A stretch of DNA of 52,593 bases from an uncultured Christensenella sp. Lineage in GTDB: Bacteria; Bacillota; Clostridia; Christensenellales; Aristaeellaceae. Every line of letters starts with the position of its first letter. Positions within the stretch are counted from its first letter, which is position 1. The stretch lies in NCBI GenBank assembly GCA_964584685.1, contig CAZPBJ010000012.1:1-52593 (forward strand). The letters run 5' to 3'. Of this stretch, positions 28,741 to 38,762 are shown piece after piece. A program made the position numbers and the translations under genes. The notes under the pieces are model-generated. The model ran no database searches and was not told the origin of the DNA. It saw only the letters and a list, made by a program, of their open reading frames with translations.

Positions 28741-30138
28741 ATGGAATTCTTGAACAATGTCATCTGGTGGCAGGTCGTTGTGGCTGTTTTGGCATTTTTA
28801 CTGGTGTTTGTCGTCATCCCCAAATCCTATGTCAAGGTACCGCCAAACGTCGCCCTGATCATTTCCGGTCCCTTCCGCAGACGTTACCGCGTAAAGGGCC
28901 AGGATGGCCGTGATGTGATCAAGAAATTCGGCTACCGCATCGTCCGCGGCGGAGCGACGATCGTGATCCCGCTGCTGGAGCGGGTCGACCGCCTGAGTTT
29001 GGGCATCATGCAGGTGGATATCCGCACCACACAGCCGGTTCCCTCCCAGGAGTTTATCGCTGTGATGGTTGACGGCGTTGCCAACATCAAGATCGGCTCG
29101 GATGATGTTTCCATCGCCACAGCCGCCGAGCAGATCCTCAACTGGAAACCAGAAAGTATCGTGGCTATCGCCCAACAGGTGCTGGAAGGCAATATGCGCG
29201 AGATCATCGGGCAGATGACCATTGCCGACCTGGTCCAGAACCGCGACAAGTTCGCCACCGAGACCAGCAAGGCGGCCAGCTTCGACATGCGCAACATGGG
29301 CCTTGAGATCATCAACATCACCATCCAGAACTTTGAGGACACCGCCGGCGTCGTTGAAACGATGTCGTCCAAGAACATCGTCGACAAGCAGCGTGACGCC
29401 AAGATTGCGCAGTCCATCGCTGATCAGCAGGGAAACAAGGCCCGCATGGAAGCCGACGCCCTGATAGCCGAACAAGGCAAGGATCTGGCGCTCAAGCAGG
29501 CCGATTATAAGATCCAGGCGGACAGGGCGAAAGCAGACGCCGATATCGCCTATGATATCCAGAAGGAAACTGCCCGCAAGATCTACGAGGAAGAGCGCGC
29601 AGCGGCCGAACTGACCAAGCTTCAACGTCAGACAGATCTTGAACGCCAGCAGGTTGAGGTCTCCCGGCAGAAGTTGAACGTGGAGTACCGCGAGAAATCC
29701 GAGGCGCAGCGCGACGCGCGCATCGCCATTGCCACCGCTGACAAGGCGGAGCGCCAGGCAGTCGCCGACGCGGAATTCTATGAGGCAACAAAAGTAGCAG
29801 AAGCCATTTTGCTCAAGGGCAAGGCCGAGGCCGAGGCGCTTGTACTAAAGGCCGACGCGATGAAGAAGTTCGGTGAAGCAGCGATGTTGGAAATGGTCAT
29901 CAACAAACTGCCCGATGTAGCCCGCGCCATTGGGGAACCCCTTGCCCAGACCGAAAAGATCATCCTGTTTGGCGAAGGCGCGGTGACCGGTCTGACCAGG
30001 GATATCACCGGCTCCATGATGCAGACATTCGAAGCGCTCAAATCAGCTGTAGGTCTGGATATTCCCAAGATGCTCAAGGATGTGTCAACAGGCGGTCTGA
30101 TCGGCAAGAGCATTGTGACAGAAGATATTGAGAAATGA
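28741..30138 (+). CDS. flotillin-like SPFH/band-7 protein (FloT/YuaG-like)
   Basis: N-terminal TM hairpin, SPFH domain and a long Ala/Glu/Lys/Arg-rich coiled-coil flotillin domain. SD GAGAGGGG upstream of the ATG at 28741. Confidence 0.8.
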   Translation: MEFLNNVIWWQVVVAVLAFLLVFVVIPKSYVKVPPNVALIISGPFRRRYRVKGQDGRDVIKKFGYRIVRGGATIVIPLLERVDRLSLGIMQVDIRTTQPVPSQEFIAVMVDGVANIKIGSDDVSIATAAEQILNWKPESIVAIAQQVLEGNMREIIGQMTIADLVQNRDKFATETSKAASFDMRNMGLEIINITIQNFEDTAGVVETMSSKNIVDKQRDAKIAQSIADQQGNKARMEADALIAEQGKDLALKQADYKIQADRAKADADIAYDIQKETARKIYEEERAAAELTKLQRQTDLERQQVEVSRQKLNVEYREKSEAQRDARIAIATADKAERQAVADAEFYEATKVAEAILLKGKAEAEALVLKADAMKKFGEAAMLEMVINKLPDVARAIGEPLAQTEKIILFGEGAVTGLTRDITGSMMQTFEALKSAVGLDIPKMLKDVSTGGLIGKSIVTEDIEK

Positions 30139-30185
30139 GTGGTGTGTAAAACGAAATATTTCGCAAAGAGTAGAAGGATGAATTT

Positions 30186-30842
30186 GTGAGTAGATACGAT
30201 TATTCTGGCTCCGATGAGTTCCGTCCCCTATCCCCTTGGGGATATGTTGGCTATACAATTTTGTTCAGCATTCCAATTGTCGGCTTTATATTTCTGATCG
30301 TCCTCACATTCAGTCGTAGCAATATCAACCGCCGTAGTTTTGCACGCTCCTATTGGTGCTGGCTGCTCATGACACTTATCATTACTGTTATAGTTGCTTT
30401 TGTTGCTGTTGCCGGGCTAAAGCTGGACTTCATCCCATCATCCGGTAATGAAATTATAGATAAAGTTAAGACATTTGTCACAAATGCGCTTAAAATTGAT
30501 GATTCCAGAATTGAAGAAGAAGTCAAGATGGATGGCTCCGGAACTGAAGAAAAAAAGGGATTATTGTCCTCAGTTATAGGAGTCACACCTGAATTTAGGG
30601 CAGCTATGGACAGCTATGAAGCTTTTTTTGATGAATATATAGCTTTTATGAAGAAATTCGAAAACGATAAAACTGACTTGAACTTGCTTATCGATTATGC
30701 TACTTTCATGACAAGATATGCTGATATGACACAAAAGATGGATGCTATTGAAGAGACGCAGCTTTCTGTGGCAGATGACGCATATTATCTGAAGGTTACG
30801 ACTCGTATTTATCTAAAGTTGGCAGAAATCTCAGCTCAGTAA
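30186..30842 (+). CDS. hypothetical membrane protein (low-GC islet)
   Basis: GTG start with AAGGATG SD. Two TM helices plus an acidic soluble domain. About 40% GC versus about 60% in the flanks. Confidence 0.5.
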   Translation: MSRYDYSGSDEFRPLSPWGYVGYTILFSIPIVGFIFLIVLTFSRSNINRRSFARSYWCWLLMTLIITVIVAFVAVAGLKLDFIPSSGNEIIDKVKTFVTNALKIDDSRIEEEVKMDGSGTEEKKGLLSSVIGVTPEFRAAMDSYEAFFDEYIAFMKKFENDKTDLNLLIDYATFMTRYADMTQKMDAIEETQLSVADDAYYLKVTTRIYLKLAEISAQ

Positions 30843-30992
30843 TGATACTATTTGCACAAAGAAATGATCAAATGTTAATTATATGATTACACTGGCTGTG
30901 GTAGCGTCTGTGGAAGCGCAAAACTTGATGAAACTTTCCAAAGAATGTGATATCCTGTCTGCAAGACCAATGAGTATATTAGGAGGTTTGCA

Positions 30993-31418
30993 ATGAAGAA
31001 GTTGTTGGTAATCACTCTGGTGCTCGTAATGATGTTACCTCTTGTTGGCGTCGCTTAGATCGATGTTGATGTAGATAACATGAGTCATGAAGAACTAGTG
31101 GCTTTGCTGGAAAAAGTCCAATTGGCTATGTTTGGTCGTTCTATTATGAACGGTGTTGAAATCCCTATTGGTAAGTATGTTGTCGGAAAGGATATTCCCG
31201 CAGGGTCATATGTTTTAAGTGCAACTGGTGAGGATGTTACTATTTTTGTATCAACTATTTTACCAGATGGTGAAACCCCAGATATTATTACAAGTATCGA
31301 GAGTGATGAATCTGAGAAAATTACTTTGAGTGACGGGATGACTCTCGAGCTAATATCAATTACGAAATTTACCGGGATGATAACTATTAAATCATTCGCT
31401 GGTCTTTTTGCGAAGTGA
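30993..31418 (+). pseudogene. small secreted protein gene interrupted by an in-frame TAG directly after the signal peptide
   Basis: AGGAGG SD, then ATG 30993 and MKKLLVITLVLVMMLPLVGVA, then TAG 31056-31058. The 112-aa ORF 31080-31418 continues in the same frame. Confidence 0.45.
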
Positions 31419-31540
31419 AGCGTGCCATGATTCTTGTGCTATTCTCCTGTTATTGAACTGTAATGAGGGTATCGGGTACCGATAAAGCACCGTTTCTGCG
31501 GTGGTTATCCCACGTTATTACCCAGGTCACTGGCACTTAT

Positions 31541-31575
31541 CCCCGGAACACACGGGACGGTTCTGTGTGTTTCCC
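31541..31575 (-). repeat. REP-like palindromic element, copy B (inverted orientation), abutting the 3' end of the transposase gene
   Basis: The reverse complement GGGAAACACACAGAACCGTCCCGTGTGTTCCGGGG aligns with copies A and C. Confidence 0.6.
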
Positions 31576-32346
31576 TTATCCCGCAAGGATCTCCCGCACT
31601 CTTGCCATATTGATGCCGCTCAGGCGGCTGATCTGCCGGAGGGAGGCGCCGGACTTGCGCATCCGCGTGACGGCCTTGCTTTGCCTGGCTTCGGACAGTT
31701 GTTGGAAGGCCTCAAGGTGAGCCGTTCCGGCAGCCTTGTTCATGATAAGCAAGGCCTGATCGTCCGTAATGCCCCGGACGGCCGCCTTTTCGTTCAGGTC
31801 AAGGCAGGCTTTGTCATCGCTTTGAAGATGCCAGCTCTCAAACTCGCTTTGACTTATCAAAGAGAACAGTTTTGACGTGTCAAGCGGGCAATTCGGATCT
31901 TCCGCCAGATAGGACGCATAGCTGCTGTGAGGATAGCCAATCAAACCATCTGCGATGCCGGCCTTCAGCGGGTTGCGGTGTATGTAGCGCAGCACGGTCA
32001 GGAAATAAGCGTCGTCCTTGACAGCCTCGCTTTTAAATCGCTCCTGGAACAATGGCCCGACGCGCTCATAGCGCAGATTATACCAATAGACGTACTTGGC
32101 GCCGATGCGCTTCATGATTTGGCTGACGGTCTCTCCCCGGGGGCTCTCCCCGATCAGCAGGTGAACATGATTGGGCATCAGGCACCATGCATACAGCTGA
32201 AAGCCGCAGATTTCGCGGTAGATGCGCAGCCCATCCAGAAAGCACCGGTAGTCAACAGACTCATGGAAGATGTGCTGCTTGTTGATGCCGCGCATCATCA
32301 CATGGTACATCCCCGAATCGCTCCGCACCCGCGCCTGTCTTGGCAT
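31576..32346 (-). CDS. IS200/IS605-family HUH tyrosine transposase-like protein (RAYT-like) with C-terminal HTH extension
   Basis: YHVMMRGINKQHIF N-terminus, HUH motif NHVHLLI and catalytic Tyr region YIHRNP. A ~100-aa C-terminal tail ending in a DnaA-C-like HTH (SLRQISRLSGINMARVREIL). Confidence 0.75.
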   Translation of the reverse strand: MPRQARVRSDSGMYHVMMRGINKQHIFHESVDYRCFLDGLRIYREICGFQLYAWCLMPNHVHLLIGESPRGETVSQIMKRIGAKYVYWYNLRYERVGPLFQERFKSEAVKDDAYFLTVLRYIHRNPLKAGIADGLIGYPHSSYASYLAEDPNCPLDTSKLFSLISQSEFESWHLQSDDKACLDLNEKAAVRGITDDQALLIMNKAAGTAHLEAFQQLSEARQSKAVTRMRKSGASLRQISRLSGINMARVREILAG

Positions 32347-32444
32347 AACGATTCCCCTCTGTCTGTTTGATGACCTGCTTGTATCTTAAGGCGCGGAAGG
32401 ATGACTGTCAATGAAAAGGACTGAAAACTCAATGAAATCATAGA

Positions 32445-32475
32445 AAACACATAGAACCGTCCCGTGTGTTTTGGA
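32445..32475 (+). repeat. REP-like palindromic element, copy C (AAAACACATAGAACCGTCCCGTGTGTTTTGG)
   Basis: About 100 bp upstream of the transposase start. An internal AACACA/TGTGTT stem with an 11-13 nt loop. Confidence 0.6.
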
Positions 32476-32557
32476 AAGCCTTCCTGACACCAAACACAAT
32501 ATTCCAACCTGAACCGTAAAAGTGCAGAACAAAACCATGTCAGATGGAATTTCCTTA

Positions 32558-32586
32558 TTGACATATACCGGGGCTGCAATTAGAAT
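32558..32586 (+). promoter_or_regulatory. candidate sigma-A promoter of gltBD (TTGACA-17-TAGAAT), giving a ~145-nt leader
   Basis: Consensus -35 at 32558-32563 and near-consensus -10 at 32581-32586 with 17-nt spacing. Confidence 0.45.
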
Positions 32587-32736
32587 GCCCAATCAAGAGC
32601 GAGGGTGCTCCTTGGAAACAATGACGCCCCCGCTTTTGTTTATTATTATGGATGCCATGCCTATAGAATGACAAATCGCACGAAATATATCCGGATTGAT
32701 ACTTGAAGCACACAAACCAGAGGGATGAGGATTTGA

Positions 32737-35700
32737 ATGGGGCAGCGAATTTGTGGCTTATACGATCCCCGGTTTGAGCATGACGCCTGCGGGATCGGTG
32801 CGGTTGTCAACATAAACGGCATTGCGACAAGAGACGTGGTACACGACGCGCTGTGCATCGTTGAAAACCTGGAGCACCGCGCGGGCCGGGACGCCCAGGG
32901 CAGTACAGGCGACGGTGTCGGGATTTTGCTGCAGATTCCGCATATCTTCATTAAAAAGTGCGCCCCGGCATCGGGTTTCCGCCTTGATACCGCCCGGGAC
33001 TATGGCGTTGGCATGCTTTTTATGCCGCTGGACCCGAAAAAATGCGAAGCGGCAAAACGTGAATTTATCCTTGCCGTTGAGGGCGAAGGCCTGGAAGTGC
33101 TGGGATGGCGTGATGTGCCTGTCAAACCCGACATTTTAGGCAGCCGGGCGCGCGCTTGCATGCCGCGTATCATGCAGTGCTTTGTCAAGCGTCCGGAAAC
33201 CACCGCAAAGGGCATTGCCTTTGACCGGAAATTGTACGTTGCGCGGCGGGTGTTTGAAAAAGCATGCGCTGACGCCTATGTTTGTTCTTTTTCAAGCCGC
33301 ACCATCGTATACAAGGGAATGTTCCTTGTAAGCCAGCTGCGCGGTTTTTACAGCGACCTTCAGGACCCCGATGTGATTTCCGCCCTGGCGCTGGTGCACT
33401 CAAGGTTCTCCACCAATACGGATCCGAGCTGGGAAAGGGCTCATCCCAACCGGCTGATCCTTCATAACGGCGAGATCAATACGATCCGCGGCAACGCCGA
33501 CCGGATGAAAGCCCGGGAAGGGACCATGACGTCCCCTGTCATGCAGGATGATCTGGAAAAGGTGTTCCCCGTCATCAACGGCGAAGGTTCCGACTCCGCG
33601 ATGCTGGACAATACGCTGGAATTCCTGGCTATGAACGGCATGGATCTTCCGCTTGCGGCAATGGCTGTCATACCCGAAGCCTGGCAGAACGATAAGCGTC
33701 TGAGCAGCGGCGTACGAGACATGTACCGTTATTATGCCACGCTCATGGAGCCCTGGGACGGTCCGGCCGCGATCTTTTTTTCTGACGGCGACATAGTCGG
33801 CGCCATGCTGGACAGAAACGGCCTGCGCCCGTCGCGCTGGTGCCAGACAGTTGACGGAAGGCTGATCCTGTCATCGGAGACCGGAGCCCTCCATATTCCC
33901 CCCGAACAGATCATCAGAAAGGACAGGCTCCATCCCGGCAAACTGCTGGTCATTGATACAGTCCGGGCGCAGGTCATTCAAGACGAGGCATTGAAGGAAA
34001 CCTTCTCAGCCCGACAGCCATATGGCATATGGCTGGACCGCTTCCTTGCGCCCATCGACGGATTGCCCGAACCGGGCGCCGGCATACCCAAATACAGCCA
34101 GGATACCCGTGACAGGCTGTACAAAGCGTTTGGCTACACTTACGATGAAGTCAAAAACGTTATCCTCCCAATGGCAAACACAGGCATTGAACCGACCGTG
34201 TCGATGGGCGTCGACATACCGCTGGCGGTGCTCAGCCAAACGCACCAGCCGCTGTTCAATTATTTCAAACAACTGTTTGCCCAGGTGACCAACCCGCCTT
34301 TTGACGCCATCCGCGAGGAGATCGTAACCGATACAACGGTATTCCTTGGGTCATCCGGTGACCTGCTAACTGAGAGGGCAGAGAACTGCCTCCTTTTGCA
34401 GCTGAACAGCCCCATCCTGTCGGAAACGGATTTCCTGAAAATCAAGCGGCTGGACCTTCCGGGCCTGAAGTCCCAAACCCTCACCCTCCTGTACGCCAGG
34501 GGCGCTGACCTGCGGGATGCCTTGGATGCGCTCGCGTCCAGCTGCGACAACGCCTTGCGCGGGGGAGCCAATATATTGATCTTGTCGGACCGCGGGGTTG
34601 ACGCGCAGCATATGGCCATTCCTTCGCTGCTTGGGGTATCCGCCTTGCAGCATCACCTGATCCGTGAAAAGAAGAGCACGGCGGTGTCCCTGGTATTGGA
34701 AAGTTCGGATCCAAGGGACGTACACCACTTCGCAGCGCTGCTGGGCTTTGGCGCGCAGGCGATATTTCCCTTTCTCGCTTTGGAATGCATCAGCGAAATG
34801 TCTGACAGGAAAATGCTGGCCAGGGACTGCGCCGCTGCGCAGCATCATTATCTTGAGGCGATACGGCACGGCGTCGTCAAGGTCGCGTCAAAGATGGGGA
34901 TATCCACGATGCAGTCCTACCAGGGCGCGCAGATATTTGAGGCTCTGGGCATTCACGCGGATGTGATCGATCAATACTTTACAAACACGGTCAGCAGGGT
35001 CGGCGGCATCGGGCTTGCCCAGATCGGCCAGGACGTCGCGTTTCGCCATGCCCGCGCGTTTGATCCGCTTGGCCTTGATATTGACATGACGCTGGACAGC
35101 ACGGGCTTTCATCAGCTGCGCAGCGGATATGGCGCGGAACAGCATCTGTACTCCCCCCAGGCCATTGTCGCCCTCCAGGATGCGGTGCGCAATGGCGATT
35201 ACGGGCGTTTCAAGGCGTATACCGCGATGCTGGACGGTAAAAGCAATCCGCATACGCTTCGGGATATGCTGGAATTCGCGTTTGAATCAGCTCAGGGCAT
35301 CCCGATTGATCAGGTTGAACCCGTATCCGAAATCGTCAAAAGGTTCAAGACGGGCGCCATGTCCTACGGCTCCTTGTCCCAGGAGGTCCACGAATGTCTT
35401 GCGGTCGCCATGAACAGGCTGGGCGGCAGGTCCAACTCCGGCGAAGGCGGGGAGCAGCAGCAACGCTTGAACAGCGAAAGCTGTTCCAAGATCAAACAGG
35501 TGGCTTCAGGCAGGTTCGGCGTAACGTCAGCGTATCTTTTAAGCGCCGGGGAAATTCAGATAAAGATGGCGCAGGGCGCCAAACCGGGGGAAGGCGGACA
35601 GCTTCCCGCTGAAAAAGTATATCCGTGGATCGCAAAGACGCGGCATTCAACGCCGGGTGTCCAGTTGATTTCCCCGCCTCCGCATCATGACATATATTCC

Positions 35701-37269
35701 ATAGAGGACCTCGCTCAGCTGATATTCGACTTAAAGAACGCCAACAGGGACGCGCGCATATCCGTCAAGCTGGTGTCTGAAACCGGCGTTGGCACGATCG
35801 CTGCCGGGGTTGCCAAAGCGGGGGCGCAGGTCATCCTGATATCAGGCTATGACGGCGGCACAGGCGCGTCCCCCAGGACATCGGTGCACAACGCCGGTCT
35901 GCCTTGGGAACTTGGCCTTTCTGAAACGCATCAGACGCTGGTCAGGAACGGCTTGAGGCCGATGGTAGTCCTGGAGACGGACGGCAAACTGATGACAGGA
36001 CGCGATGTCGCCGTTGCCGCCATGCTTGGCGCGCAAGAGTTCGGTTTTGCGACAGCGCCGCTTGTATCGCTGGGCTGCGTGATGATGCGCGTGTGCAGCC
36101 TGGATACATGCCCGATGGGGATCGCCACCCAAAATCCGGCGCTGCGAAAGCGCTTTTGCGGGAAACCCGAACATGTGATCAACTTCATGACCTATATCGC
36201 GCAGGAACTGCGAGAGATCATGGCCTTGGCAGGCTTCAGGACAGTTGAGGAAATGGTGGGGCGCTCTGACCTGCTGCGTATGCGCCACATACCCGGCAAT
36301 GAGCGCAGCGCTGCCCTGGACCTGTCCGCCGTGCTGGCGCGTACAAGTGTGCCCGCCCATAACGGCGCGCACCCGCAGGCGGTAAAAACATACGATTTCC
36401 GTCTGCACAGCACCCTTGACGAAAGTGTATTCCTCAAAAAGCTGGGCAGCGCCTTGCCCGATGGCGGCAAAAGCGAAATCAGCGTAGCTGTGGGCAGCAC
36501 GAACCGCGCTGTCGGCACGATCTTCGGATCCCAGATCACGGCGCGCTGGGGCAGCGCCCTCCCCGAAGACACGTATTTGATCCACTGCAGCGGCAGCGGC
36601 GGCCAATCCTTCGGGGCGTTCATACCCAGCGGCCTGACCCTTGAACTGGAAGGCGACGCCAACGATTACTTTGGGAAAGGACTATCGGGGGGAAAGCTGA
36701 TTGTATTCCCGCCCAAAGGCAGCCAATTCACAGCTGAAGACAATATCATCATCGGCAATGTCGCCTTGTATGGCGCAACTTCCGGAAAGGCCTTCATCAA
36801 CGGGATCGCCGGCGAACGTTTTTGCGTCCGCAATTCCGGCGCCTGCGCAGTGGTTGAAGGCACAGGCGATCACGGCTGTGAATACATGACGGGCGGACGC
36901 GCGGTGATACTTGGAAAGACAGGCAGAAACTTTGCGGCGGGGATGAGCGGCGGGATTGCCTATGTGCTGGATGAAGACAACAGCTTCATGGATAACCTGA
37001 ATTTATCCATGGTGCGCATAGACAGCAAGGACGAAGCGGACTGCGAAGAATTGAGATGCATTATTTCGGAGCATGTACAGGCAACCGGATCGCCCAGAGG
37101 TAAAGCTATTCTGGATAACTTCACACATTATATGCCTCTGTTCAAAAAAATCATGCCGCTGGATTACGGAAATATCCTGGAAATGGTCAAACGTCACGAA
37201 AAAGTGGGCCTTGACCGTGAGCAGGCAGAAATCGAAGCTTTTTACACGACCAAGAAAGACAGGAAGTGA
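32737..37269 (+). CDS. gltB: glutamate synthase large subunit
   Basis: 1510 aa. N-terminal amidotransferase CGIG with catalytic Cys after the initiator region, an FMN/Fe-S central domain and a C-terminal GXGXG domain. SD GAGGGATGAGGA. Confidence 0.9.
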   Translation: MGQRICGLYDPRFEHDACGIGAVVNINGIATRDVVHDALCIVENLEHRAGRDAQGSTGDGVGILLQIPHIFIKKCAPASGFRLDTARDYGVGMLFMPLDPKKCEAAKREFILAVEGEGLEVLGWRDVPVKPDILGSRARACMPRIMQCFVKRPETTAKGIAFDRKLYVARRVFEKACADAYVCSFSSRTIVYKGMFLVSQLRGFYSDLQDPDVISALALVHSRFSTNTDPSWERAHPNRLILHNGEINTIRGNADRMKAREGTMTSPVMQDDLEKVFPVINGEGSDSAMLDNTLEFLAMNGMDLPLAAMAVIPEAWQNDKRLSSGVRDMYRYYATLMEPWDGPAAIFFSDGDIVGAMLDRNGLRPSRWCQTVDGRLILSSETGALHIPPEQIIRKDRLHPGKLLVIDTVRAQVIQDEALKETFSARQPYGIWLDRFLAPIDGLPEPGAGIPKYSQDTRDRLYKAFGYTYDEVKNVILPMANTGIEPTVSMGVDIPLAVLSQTHQPLFNYFKQLFAQVTNPPFDAIREEIVTDTTVFLGSSGDLLTERAENCLLLQLNSPILSETDFLKIKRLDLPGLKSQTLTLLYARGADLRDALDALASSCDNALRGGANILILSDRGVDAQHMAIPSLLGVSALQHHLIREKKSTAVSLVLESSDPRDVHHFAALLGFGAQAIFPFLALECISEMSDRKMLARDCAAAQHHYLEAIRHGVVKVASKMGISTMQSYQGAQIFEALGIHADVIDQYFTNTVSRVGGIGLAQIGQDVAFRHARAFDPLGLDIDMTLDSTGFHQLRSGYGAEQHLYSPQAIVALQDAVRNGDYGRFKAYTAMLDGKSNPHTLRDMLEFAFESAQGIPIDQVEPVSEIVKRFKTGAMSYGSLSQEVHECLAVAMNRLGGRSNSGEGGEQQQRLNSESCSKIKQVASGRFGVTSAYLLSAGEIQIKMAQGAKPGEGGQLPAEKVYPWIAKTRHSTPGVQLISPPPHHDIYSIEDLAQLIFDLKNANRDARISVKLVSETGVGTIAAGVAKAGAQVILISGYDGGTGASPRTSVHNAGLPWELGLSETHQTLVRNGLRPMVVLETDGKLMTGRDVAVAAMLGAQEFGFATAPLVSLGCVMMRVCSLDTCPMGIATQNPALRKRFCGKPEHVINFMTYIAQELREIMALAGFRTVEEMVGRSDLLRMRHIPGNERSAALDLSAVLARTSVPAHNGAHPQAVKTYDFRLHSTLDESVFLKKLGSALPDGGKSEISVAVGSTNRAVGTIFGSQITARWGSALPEDTYLIHCSGSGGQSFGAFIPSGLTLELEGDANDYFGKGLSGGKLIVFPPKGSQFTAEDNIIIGNVALYGATSGKAFINGIAGERFCVRNSGACAVVEGTGDHGCEYMTGGRAVILGKTGRNFAAGMSGGIAYVLDEDNSFMDNLNLSMVRIDSKDEADCEELRCIISEHVQATGSPRGKAILDNFTHYMPLFKKIMPLDYGNILEMVKRHEKVGLDREQAEIEAFYTTKKDRK

Positions 37270-37274
37270 CTGCG

Positions 37275-38762
37275 GTGGGAAAGCCTACAGGGTTTATCGA
37301 TTATGAAAGGAAAGACAATCAGTCCGATGCGCCTGAAACGCGCATCCGGAATTTTGACGAGTTTCACAGGGAGATTGACATTGATGAAAGGCGCATGCAA
37401 GGCGCGCGCTGCATGGACTGCGGCGTTCCCTTCTGCCAGTCGGGAATGGTCCTTGACGGCATGGTCACAGGCTGTCCGCTCAACAACGTGATCCCTGAAT
37501 GGAACGATATGCTGTATCTGGGAAACTGGAAACATGCCCTTGCCAGATTGCTCAAGACAGATGATTTCCCCGAATTTACCGGGCGGGTCTGCCCCGCGCC
37601 CTGCGAAGCCGCCTGCACATGCGCATACAACGATGACGCCGTGACGATAAGGGACAACGAACTTGCCATCATCGAATACGCGTTTGAACACGGCTATATG
37701 CAGCCCAGGATCCCGGCTGTCAGGTCCGGAAAGAAAATTGCCGTCATTGGCTCCGGTCCCTCCGGGCTTGCCGCGGCGGATGTATTGAACCGCCGCGGGC
37801 ATGACGTTACGGTTTATGAACGCGATGACAGTCCGGGCGGACTGCTGATGTATGGCATACCCAACATGAAGCTTGACAAGAAAGTCGTAAGCCGCAGGGT
37901 GAAACTGATGGTTGAAGAGGGGGTACATTTTCGCACAAACGCGCACGTTGGGGTAAATTTGGATCCCGGGATGATCCTGACTGAGTACGACGCGGTCCTG
38001 CTTTGCTGCGGCGCCGCGGAACCGCGCGATCTGAAGGTCGCGGGGCGCGGCGCAGCCGGCATTCTCTTTGCGGTTGATTACCTGCGCTGGGTCACTGTGC
38101 GCCTGATGGGTGAAAGATCTGATCAAAACGTTTTGTTTTCCGCCAAAGGCAAGAACGTGCTTGTTGTAGGCGGCGGCGACACGGGCAACGACTGCGTGGG
38201 AACGGTGATCCGTATGGGATGCCGCTCGGTTGTTCAAATTGAGATGATGCCACAGCCTCCCGACAATCGCGCGCCGGACAACCTGTGGCCCCGCTGGCCA
38301 AAGACCAAAAAGACAGACTACGGCCAACAGGAGGCCGCCGATTTGTTCGGCCGCGATCCCAGGGTATATCAGACCACTGTCAAGCAGTGCATTGCTGACC
38401 AGCGCGGCGCATTGACTGCCGTCACACTGGTCATACTCTCCGCGCAAAAGGATGCGGCATCCGGTCGGCTTGTCCTGGAAGAGATCGCCGGAAGCGAATA
38501 TACCATTCAGGTTGATATGCTTTTGATTGCCGCGGGATTTCTGGGATGCCAGCGCGTTTCGGCCGACATGTTCGGCGCAAGTGTCAATGCCCGGGGCAAT
38601 GTGGATACAATACCGGGATACCATCGGACCGGTGTGGATAAAGTATTCACTGCCGGCGATATGGCTACCGGCCAATCGCTGGTAGTCCGCGCCATTGCTG
38701 ACGGCAGGTCCGCTGCGCGTGAAGTCGATGAGTTCCTGATGGGATACACGGGCATTCGGTAA
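37275..38762 (+). CDS. gltD: glutamate synthase small subunit (NADPH-dependent, GltD-like)
   Basis: KPTGF N-terminus, Fe-S Cys clusters and two Rossmann GxGxxG motifs (VIGSGPSGLAAA; LVVGGGDTGNDC). GTG 37275 sits 8 nt after AGGAAG. The ORF-track GTG 37266 overlaps the gltB stop with no SD. Confidence 0.85.
   Translation: MGKPTGFIDYERKDNQSDAPETRIRNFDEFHREIDIDERRMQGARCMDCGVPFCQSGMVLDGMVTGCPLNNVIPEWNDMLYLGNWKHALARLLKTDDFPEFTGRVCPAPCEAACTCAYNDDAVTIRDNELAIIEYAFEHGYMQPRIPAVRSGKKIAVIGSGPSGLAAADVLNRRGHDVTVYERDDSPGGLLMYGIPNMKLDKKVVSRRVKLMVEEGVHFRTNAHVGVNLDPGMILTEYDAVLLCCGAAEPRDLKVAGRGAAGILFAVDYLRWVTVRLMGERSDQNVLFSAKGKNVLVVGGGDTGNDCVGTVIRMGCRSVVQIEMMPQPPDNRAPDNLWPRWPKTKKTDYGQQEAADLFGRDPRVYQTTVKQCIADQRGALTAVTLVILSAQKDAASGRLVLEEIAGSEYTIQVDMLLIAAGFLGCQRVSADMFGASVNARGNVDTIPGYHRTGVDKVFTAGDMATGQSLVVRAIADGRSAAREVDEFLMGYTGIR

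Larger units (their letters stand above)
31541..32475 (-). mobile_element. REPtron-like unit: RAYT gene flanked by inverted REP copies
   Basis: Copies B and C are in opposite orientation on either side of the transposase ORF. A third dispersed copy lies 6 kb away. Confidence 0.5.

Noticed and set aside
26667-31058. Two in-frame stops (TAA and TAG): stop-codon reassignment or alternative genetic code?
   Set aside because: TAA, TAG and TGA all terminate well-conserved genes in this window at the expected lengths, for example TAG ends Yip1, TGA ends gltB and TAA ends several GH genes. Isolated nonsense mutations or sequencing errors are more parsimonious.
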